A stretch of DNA of 16,599 nt from a metagenome: sequence record Ga0255781_10001971. The stretch is one strand, 5' to 3'. The translations under genes were made by a program, and so were the position numbers. The notes beneath the pieces were generated by a model, which searched no databases, had not been told where the DNA came from, and was given only the letters and a program-made list of their open reading frames with translations. Each line of letters begins with the position of its first letter. Position 1 is the stretch's first letter. Of this stretch, positions 7,822-13,489 are shown piece after piece.

Positions 7822-9183
7822 ATGCCATCCTTCACCGAAGACGAATGGGCCGGGATGGACGTCTCCATCCGTCGCGGGAACGACCACGACCCGTCGTGGT
7901 TCGCCGGCGTTGAAAACGACCCACGCGTGCGAGACGCGACAGACTTCGATCTCGTCATCGTCGGTGCCGGTATATCCGGTTGCGTCTTCGCTGAGCGCGC
8001 GTCGAGGGAGCTCGGGCTTAAATCGCTCATCGTCGACAAGCGCGATCACATCGGGGGAAACTGTTACGACTTTATAAACGGGAAAGGGTTCAGGGTGAGC
8101 CAATACGGGGTGCACTTGTTTCACACGCGACACGAGCGGGTGTGGGAGTACGTGCAGAGGTTTAGCGAGTGGATGCCGTACGAACACAGGGTGAAAGGGG
8201 CGATCGAACGACGACGCGAGGGTGGTGGTACGGGTGGTAAAAAGTATGAACACGATGGACGCGAATACGCCGTGGTGCCCATTCCACCGAATAGAGATAC
8301 CATCAACGCGCTCTTTCCCGGGGCGGATTTGAAGACGGATGACGAAACCGAGGCGTGGTTGAACGAGCGGCGAACGGTGAATGAAAACCCGAAAAACGGA
8401 GAGGAGAGCGCGTTAACGCGGGCAGGGCCAGAGCTTTACGACGCAATATTTAAGCATTACACGAAGAAGCAATGGGATAAGTATCCAGAGGAACTCGACG
8501 CGAGCGTCTTGGCGCGCATTCCGGTGCGCACCAACACGGATGATCGGTACTTTAGCGATCCTCATCAAGCCTTACCGAAGGATGGGTACACGAGAATATT
8601 CGAAAACATGATCATGGGCGATCCGAACATTACCGTGCGGTTGAACACGGACTTTTTCGAGCACAGAGAGATGCTCTCGGCCAAGGCGAAACGTTTCGTC
8701 GTCTTCACTGGACCCATCGACGCGTACTACGCGTCTCAGGGCTTACCCAAGCTCGAATACCGAAGCCTTCGGTTTTTCGAAGAGTACCACGAGCCGGAAG
8801 GTGGGTTTTACCAACCCTGTCTCCAGCTCAACTACCCGGGACCAGAGGTGGAGCACACGAGAATCGTCGAGTACAAGCACAAACCCAACCAGCCCGAAGC
8901 TGCACGCACATCTGCCGGCACCGTCATCTTCAAAGAGTACTCGTGCGACCACGGAGAACCGTACTACCCGGTCCCAAACCCGGCAAACCGTGAACTCTAC
9001 GAAAAGTACCGCGACATGGCTTCTAAGGAGCCCGGCGTCGTCTTTGTCGGCCGTCTCGCTTCGTACAAGTACTTCAACATGGACCAAGCCTTTCTGAACG
9101 CGCTCGAAATTTTCGACGACGTCATGTGCGCCGACGCGTCATCCGCCCGCACCCCGCTCGGTGAACCAGACGGGCCAAAGTAG
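7822..9183 (+). CDS. UGM: UDP-galactopyranose mutase, prokaryotic Glf type (alternative upstream ATG at 7708)
   Basis: These motifs align in order with E. coli-type Glf as I remember it:
- DLVIVGAGISGCVFAERA (FAD GxGxxG)
- RDHIGGNCYD
- YGVHLFHT
- YTKKQWDKYPEEL
- IPVRTNTDDRYFSDPHQALPKDGYTRIFENM
- LEYRSLRFFEE
- HTRIVEYKH
- GEPYYPVPN
- FVGRLASYKYFNMDQAF
The ATG at 7708 is only 4 nt after the upstream stop codon, so I prefer the ATG at 7822 (MPSFTEDEW). Confidence 0.9.
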   Translation: MPSFTEDEWAGMDVSIRRGNDHDPSWFAGVENDPRVRDATDFDLVIVGAGISGCVFAERASRELGLKSLIVDKRDHIGGNCYDFINGKGFRVSQYGVHLFHTRHERVWEYVQRFSEWMPYEHRVKGAIERRREGGGTGGKKYEHDGREYAVVPIPPNRDTINALFPGADLKTDDETEAWLNERRTVNENPKNGEESALTRAGPELYDAIFKHYTKKQWDKYPEELDASVLARIPVRTNTDDRYFSDPHQALPKDGYTRIFENMIMGDPNITVRLNTDFFEHREMLSAKAKRFVVFTGPIDAYYASQGLPKLEYRSLRFFEEYHEPEGGFYQPCLQLNYPGPEVEHTRIVEYKHKPNQPEAARTSAGTVIFKEYSCDHGEPYYPVPNPANRELYEKYRDMASKEPGVVFVGRLASYKYFNMDQAFLNALEIFDDVMCADASSARTPLGEPDGPK

Positions 9184-9550
9184 TAGACGCGCATTCGCGT
9201 CGCGTTGTTGTCATTTATAAAACGAACCACTCATCGTCACGATGAAAAATCAAAGCGCGCGCGGCTCGAGCGCCCGACTCGCGAGTCGAGTTCGACACTA
9301 TCTTCATATTATACACGGATAAGTCAGATCAGTACCAAAATGAGCTGTCTTTGAACTTGGAAAAAATTTAAAAATTTCAAAAACGTGACGACAAACGCGC
9401 GACGCGACGAGTCAGACGCCGACGCCGACGAACCGAACGACGACGACGACGACGACGAAGAGTGCGACGAAGAGTGCGTGAACACGAGTGCGCGTGCGCG
9501 TGTTTATTGATCGATCGGACCGGGTAAAGGCAATCAATCGTTCGCTCGAT

Positions 9551-11545
9551 ATGGCTTCTTCTCTTCAGGATGCGTTCGCGAAGGAATCCTTCAAACTGGA
9601 TGGATCGGTGGCGCGCGACGCGTTGGAGGGCGTCGCGGTGGATCTCGACGTCTCGCACGCAGAGTTGGCGCAAATGTGGGGGCTCTTTGATATGGAGCGG
9701 TTGACGAAGACGATGGAGGTGGAGGAACGCCAACGGGTGACGGTGGAACACGTGGAGGACTTTCGAAGCTTTGCGAGGGAGTATAAGGAAGAGACGGAAA
9801 AGAGGGCGAACGCGAGCGCCGGATCAAAGTTTGGGAAAAGGAGAAAGAAGAATGGCAGTGTGGGCACGTTTGGAACGCCCGGGAGTGCGTCGAGGATAAG
9901 CGGGTCGATGACACCCGGCTACTCAGCCGCGGCGTCGAGCGGCGGGGAGCGGCTTTCGTATTCTCAGAGCGCGGTGACGCCGCTCAAGGCGAGAAGGCAA
10001 TGGATCAAGGCGTTGGATGAGCTCGGTGGTTCGACTGGAGCGAGCGAGTACTCTAAGAGGGTGGCGACGCCCGGAAGCGCGACGTCGACGGGGACGGACG
10101 GAGAAGCGGCTTCGGCGTGTCTCAACGCCCACTTGGATCGCGACGTCGTCGGCGCTCGGGGAGGTGTTTCCGATGGTGACTCGCCCACCGTGGTGACGGT
10201 GATGAAATGCGTCGCGGATGAAAAGTTTCGATACATGCGCGATCAGATTTCCGATCGCGTGCGCATGATTGACGCGAGAATTCGCGCCGCGGAGATGCGA
10301 TTCGAAGCCGTTGGCGAGGACGCCGCAGACGGCGAAGACGGTCGAGGCGCGGCCACCGCTGTCTCGCCCGTCGGGTCCAAGACTGGCGACGAGGATGCCA
10401 CGTTCGTCGGTCGCATCGTGAGTGCGCACGTCGGAGATGCCAAGCTCACAGATAAGACGGTCGAGCTCGAGGGGTCCGTCGAGGGGAGTTACGGCGCACG
10501 CGTTCGCCTCGAGCTTCGCGAGCTGAAAGAGTACAGCTTGTTCCCGGGTCAAATCGTCGCCGTTCGCGGGCGCAACCCGGCTGGACACTGTCTCGTCGCC
10601 AAGTCCATCCTAGATGTGTCGAGCAAACCTCCGGCTGAGTCTCCGAAGGATGCCCCTGTGTTTTCGCGAGGCGCCAAGGTGGTGGTCGCCGCGGGTCCGT
10701 TTTCGTGCGCGAGCGACATGAAGTACGAACCGTTGAATGATTTGCTCGATTACGTGCGCGACGAAAAACCTGACGCGCTCGTCTTGTGCGGGCCTTTGGT
10801 TGATTCCGAGAATTCCTTTGTGAAGAAGGGCGAATGCGGCGGCTTGACGCTCGACCAGGTGGCGAGAGTGGTGGTGCAAAAGATTGAAGAAAAGCTCTTT
10901 GAGGAGTCGGCGTCGTGCGTCACGAAGGTGGTCTTCGTCCCGTCTCTTCGCGACGTCACCATGGATCCGGTGTTCCCGCAGCCGGCGCCGGGTATCGAAC
11001 ACTTTGTGAGCCCAGAAGCGATCCGAGCCAACCGCGTGTTTTCCGTATCCAATCCGGGTACGTTTTCAGTCAACGGCGTCGTCTTCTCTGTCGTGACGCA
11101 CGACGTGCTCAAGCACCTTTCGGCGCAAGAAATCTCAAAGGGATACGCGCCGAAGGAACGCATGGCTCGTTTGGCGAGTCACTTGGTGCGTCAAGCGAAC
11201 GCGTACCCGCTCTACCCGGCCGATCCGTCGGCGTGTTTGGACGCGCGTCACGGCGAAGCGCTCGGATTTGACGTCACGCCAGACGTGCTCATCGCGCCGT
11301 CAGATTTGAAATCCTTTGTCGAAGAAGTTGAAGTCAAGCATGACGAAGCGACGACGGACGTTCCGTCCAAGCCTTCTACTTTGTCTTCTTCAAGGGTTGT
11401 GTGCATCAACCCGGGTCGATTGGCGCGTGGCGATATTAGCGGTTCGCTTGCGCGTGTCGTCGTGCATCCCGCCAAAGCCGACGCCGAAGGCGGCGCGCAC
11501 GAGGTGAGCGCGCGCACACGCGTCGATGTCATGAAAATCAAGTAG
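9551..11545 (+). CDS. POLA2: DNA polymerase alpha subunit B (POLA2/Pol12)
   Basis: Track ORF 9488..11545 starts at GTG; the first ATG is at 9551 (MASSLQDAF). The subunit-B phosphoesterase-like core is present: FPGQIVAVRGRNPAG, VVVAAGPFSCASDMKYEPLNDLLDYV..EKPDALVLCGPLVD, VVFVPSLRDV, NPGTFSVNGVVFSVVTHDVLKHL, RMARLASHLVRQANAYPLYP, DVLIAPSDLKSF and VCINPGRLARG. Confidence 0.85.
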   Translation: MASSLQDAFAKESFKLDGSVARDALEGVAVDLDVSHAELAQMWGLFDMERLTKTMEVEERQRVTVEHVEDFRSFAREYKEETEKRANASAGSKFGKRRKKNGSVGTFGTPGSASRISGSMTPGYSAAASSGGERLSYSQSAVTPLKARRQWIKALDELGGSTGASEYSKRVATPGSATSTGTDGEAASACLNAHLDRDVVGARGGVSDGDSPTVVTVMKCVADEKFRYMRDQISDRVRMIDARIRAAEMRFEAVGEDAADGEDGRGAATAVSPVGSKTGDEDATFVGRIVSAHVGDAKLTDKTVELEGSVEGSYGARVRLELRELKEYSLFPGQIVAVRGRNPAGHCLVAKSILDVSSKPPAESPKDAPVFSRGAKVVVAAGPFSCASDMKYEPLNDLLDYVRDEKPDALVLCGPLVDSENSFVKKGECGGLTLDQVARVVVQKIEEKLFEESASCVTKVVFVPSLRDVTMDPVFPQPAPGIEHFVSPEAIRANRVFSVSNPGTFSVNGVVFSVVTHDVLKHLSAQEISKGYAPKERMARLASHLVRQANAYPLYPADPSACLDARHGEALGFDVTPDVLIAPSDLKSFVEEVEVKHDEATTDVPSKPSTLSSSRVVCINPGRLARGDISGSLARVVVHPAKADAEGGAHEVSARTRVDVMKIK

Positions 11546-11897
11546 GCGTTTCTCGGTCCGCATGCGCGGACGTCGTCGAAAAACACAGAGCTAGCGCATC
11601 TCGCCTTGTTTTCTTTCTCTCAACAACTTCGTGAATTGTCTGTTTTATAATGTCAGAGTCAGATTCTTATTACATGTCTCTCGTCGTTTCCCAACTTCTC
11701 AAAGAGCAATCGGAAGAAAATGGAGGTGGGGTGGAACAAAATTCGTGTCATGATGCGGTGTGTACATGTCGTCGGGCGTGAGTGTCATCGGTCTCGTACG
11801 AAACATCAGTTCGTCGATGCTCGTATCGGTATTCTGTACAGGAGCGGAAAGGGAAGAAAGAATCTCCTTCGAGCCGGCGAGTCAAACAACTCTTTGC

Positions 11898-12104
11898 TTA
11901 GTTGTTGCTCGCGGCGAAACCTCGAGAGACGCCACGCGCCGAGGACTCCTTAACAGAGGCAACGACAGCCGTCTTCTTGGCTTCTTCTTCCGCCATGGAC
12001 ATGGTCATCATCGAGACGCCGCTACCGATGGCGACGCCCGTGCCGACGAGACCCGTCAACGCGAGAATGGACATGGACACGTACACAGCTTGACTGCTCG
12101 GCAT
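11898..12104 (-). CDS. candidate small single-pass membrane protein (68 aa) with glycine-zipper-like TM segment
   Basis: The ORF starts at an ATG (12104), with an in-frame stop 13 codons upstream. Third codon positions are mostly G/C, matching the confirmed genes. The sequence is MPSSQAVYVSMSILALTGLVGTGVAIGSGVSMM followed by a charged tail. I recognise no family. Confidence 0.4.
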   Translation of the reverse strand: MPSSQAVYVSMSILALTGLVGTGVAIGSGVSMMTMSMAEEEAKKTAVVASVKESSARGVSRGFAASNN

Positions 12105-12412
12105 CTTGACTTTTCGTTCGTGGTGTGTTCTTCTTTTTCTTTCTTATTCGTCCTGTCGCGAAGAAGAGCGTCAAGCCGTCGGTCGTCAGTCAAACCGCTC
12201 AAGCGCGTCGCGTCGCGTTCACAAACATCCATCCATCCATATGTCTGTATGTCTGTCTGTTTACCCATACGATCAGGAGGCGTTAGACCCAACAACGCGG
12301 CCGCAAGATTCGTGCGTGGACGCCGTCCCGGGGTCCGTCCGTCTTTGCCTGTCAAACGGTCCGTCGCGACGACACCCCGCGGGTCGAACGTCTCGCGGTC
12401 GACGAATACAAT

Positions 12413-12444
12413 TTTCGCGCGCGCATCCCCACCGAGTTTCGCGC
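12413..12444 (+). promoter_or_regulatory. pair of E2F-consensus octamers (TTTCGCGC at 12413-12420 and 12437-12444)
   Basis: These are two exact TTTSSCGC matches 24 bp apart. Two ACGCGT (MluI/MCB-type) hexamers lie nearby at 12473-12478 and 12548-12553. Function is untested. Confidence 0.25.
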
Positions 12445-12872
12445 CGACCCGCGGGTGAACCCCGCGCGCGCGACGCGTGAGACGCATCGCGAGCGCGATT
12501 TCACTTCGGTCGCGGATATCGCGCGCGCAAGATGACGCGACGAACGAACGCGTGCGCGAACCGACGCGCGTACCTCTGTTGGAACGAACGCGACGGCGAG
12601 TGAGCGGGGCGTAAAAAGACCGGCTCTTGACGTATCGGCGTGCGACGGGGCGCGCGCGAGGGGGTAGTTTCAAAAAGGGGTGGGTGTTTTCCGTGCGGAA
12701 GTGTGACGCGCCGAGCGCGGGAGGGCCCGAGAGAGTGCGCGGACGACGAGCGTCCTCACTCGGCTCGGTGCGTGAGTCGTCGTACTTGGAACAAAAATTA
12801 TTGCGTACTTAACGAGTGATAATGCGATATAAAAAGTTTATCAGGTTTGGATAGAAAAAACGTTGATAGGCT

Positions 12873-12877
12873 AAAAA
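12873..12877 (-). terminator. Pol III T5 terminator after tRNA-Trp
   Basis: The minus strand reads ...GGGTCA tataataactc TTTTT ag, so the T5 run starts 11 nt past the discriminator. Confidence 0.55.
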
Positions 12878-12888
12878 GAGTTATTATA

Positions 12889-13029
12889 TGACCCGGCAGG
12901 GATTCGAACCCCGAACCTTCAGATAGCTCTATCCGTCCTTAAGTATGGATTTCGGAATCTCACTTTGTTTCTGTGAGAGACTCATCAGATGTACTGGAGT
13001 CTGACGCACTACCGTTGTGCTACCAAGCC
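12889..13029 (-). tRNA. trnW-CCA: tRNA-Trp (anticodon CCA) interrupted by a 69-nt intron at the canonical 37/38 position
   Basis: Minus-strand exons:
- 5' exon: GGCTTGG TA GCAC AACGGTA GTGC G TCAGA CTCCAG
- 3' exon: A TCTGA AGGTT CGGGG TTCGAAT CCCTG CCGGGTC A
The acceptor stem is 7 bp with three G-U pairs. The D stem is GCAC/GTGC. The anticodon stem is TCAGA/TCTGA. After splicing the loop reads CTCCAGA, the same loop as plant nuclear tRNA-Trp as I remember it. Confidence 0.85.
12925..12993 (-). other. tRNA-Trp intron (69 nt) with internal 6-bp hairpin
   Basis: The intron reads uacaucugaugagucucucacagaaacaaagugagauuccgaaauccauacuuaaggacggauagagcu. UCUCAC and GUGAGA pair across a 9-nt loop (12958-12978). 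Intron nt 4-9 (AUCUGA) duplicates the first 6 nt of the 3' exon. Confidence 0.8.
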
Positions 13030-13489
13030 ATATTTAGCCATGTTACGTCTACAGTACGTAGAAGAACGCGGATTATGCATATGCCGCCTCGAATTGTCGT
13101 CACACCCTTTGCGACTTGGGTACATTTGTACTTTACGGGTTTAGGTAAATGTGACGGACAATTCGAGGCGACGGACGCCGCTGGGATGTTCTCGAATAGA
13201 GTACTCGTCGTAGAACATCATCGTTGTGAAAGCGGGAGCGGCGGTGTCCGAGATGGGAGAACAAAAAACTGGCTCGTCGTGAAAGCGAGAGCGATTAGAT
13301 GAGACGAACGCCGCGCACACATCGGGTACATCGAAGAACACGTCGGTGACTTTGCGCCACCAGCGGCCGACGTCGATGAAGTTTGTTCGTTCGTACCGTC
13401 GTACCGTAACGTTTCTTACAATGCAAAAACTACCTAAGAGTAGTAGTAGCTAGTACACCGCCGCCAGTTTGTTTGTTTTACCGGGGCGC

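Noticed and set aside
7119-8039. A 306-aa minus-strand ORF that spans the TLDc/UGM junction.
   Set aside because: It is antisense to two plus-strand genes, one of which (UGM) has unmistakable homology. The predicted protein is Arg/Ser-rich and low complexity with no recognisable motif. This is a typical shadow ORF of GC-rich coding DNA.
9923-10588. A 221-aa minus-strand ORF inside POLA2. Similar long plus-strand ORFs lie inside WAPL (13503-14207 and 14204-15157), with another minus-strand ORF in a different frame at 13747-14367.
   Set aside because: All are antisense or out of frame relative to genes with clear homology. All are Arg/Pro/Ser-rich. They are shadow ORFs.
11556-11571. A GTCCGC-ATGC-GCGGAC hairpin 11 nt after the POLA2 stop codon.
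   Set aside because: The 6-bp stem is plausible but unremarkable in GC-rich DNA. Rho-independent-terminator logic does not apply to a eukaryotic Pol II gene.
12521-12540. GCGCAAGATGACGCG resembles the U6 snRNA segment GCGCAAGGAUGACACGC.
   Set aside because: The indispensable ACAGAGA box, the AGC triad and the 5' stem-loop are absent upstream, and no terminal U-run follows at the right distance.
12056-12673. A 205-aa minus-strand ORF, which would be 143 aa from the internal ATG at 12487.
   Set aside because: The track start is TTG. The sequence is Arg-rich. The ORF reads through the start of the better-supported 68-aa ORF in another frame and ends in obvious UTR-like low complexity (KKEKEEH...). 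I recognise no motif. The high GC3 in its first half is noted under the CpG-rich interval finding.
12967-12988. A hammerhead-ribozyme-like core, CUGAUGA...GAAAC, inside the tRNA-Trp intron.
   Set aside because: The 10 nt between CUGAUGA and GAAAC (GUCUCUCACA) cannot form the required stem II. No stem I or stem III partners or cleavage-site triplet are evident. The GAAAC instead sits in the loop of the UCUCAC/GUGAGA hairpin.
12919-12993. A box C/D guide RNA in the tRNA-Trp intron, by analogy with the archaeal pre-tRNA-Trp intron. The candidate boxes are CUGAUGA as box C and CUGA of the 3' exon as box D.
   Set aside because: There is no CUGA box D inside the intron, and the candidate D'/C' boxes (CAGA, GUGAGA) are poor matches. 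The spacer is only 8 nt. I found no 10-12 nt complementarity between the candidate guide regions and the tRNA exons.
12973-13302. A 109-aa plus-strand ORF. I also considered read-through of its TGA as a possible selenocysteine codon, since the downstream frame (DERRAHIGYIEEHVGDF...) looks protein-like.
   Set aside because: It starts at GTG inside the tRNA-Trp gene on the opposite strand. Its codon usage is unlike the host genes, with many AGA, AAA and GTA codons. There is no CxxU- or UxxC-type redox motif around the TGA, and I did not recognise a SECIS-like structure downstream.
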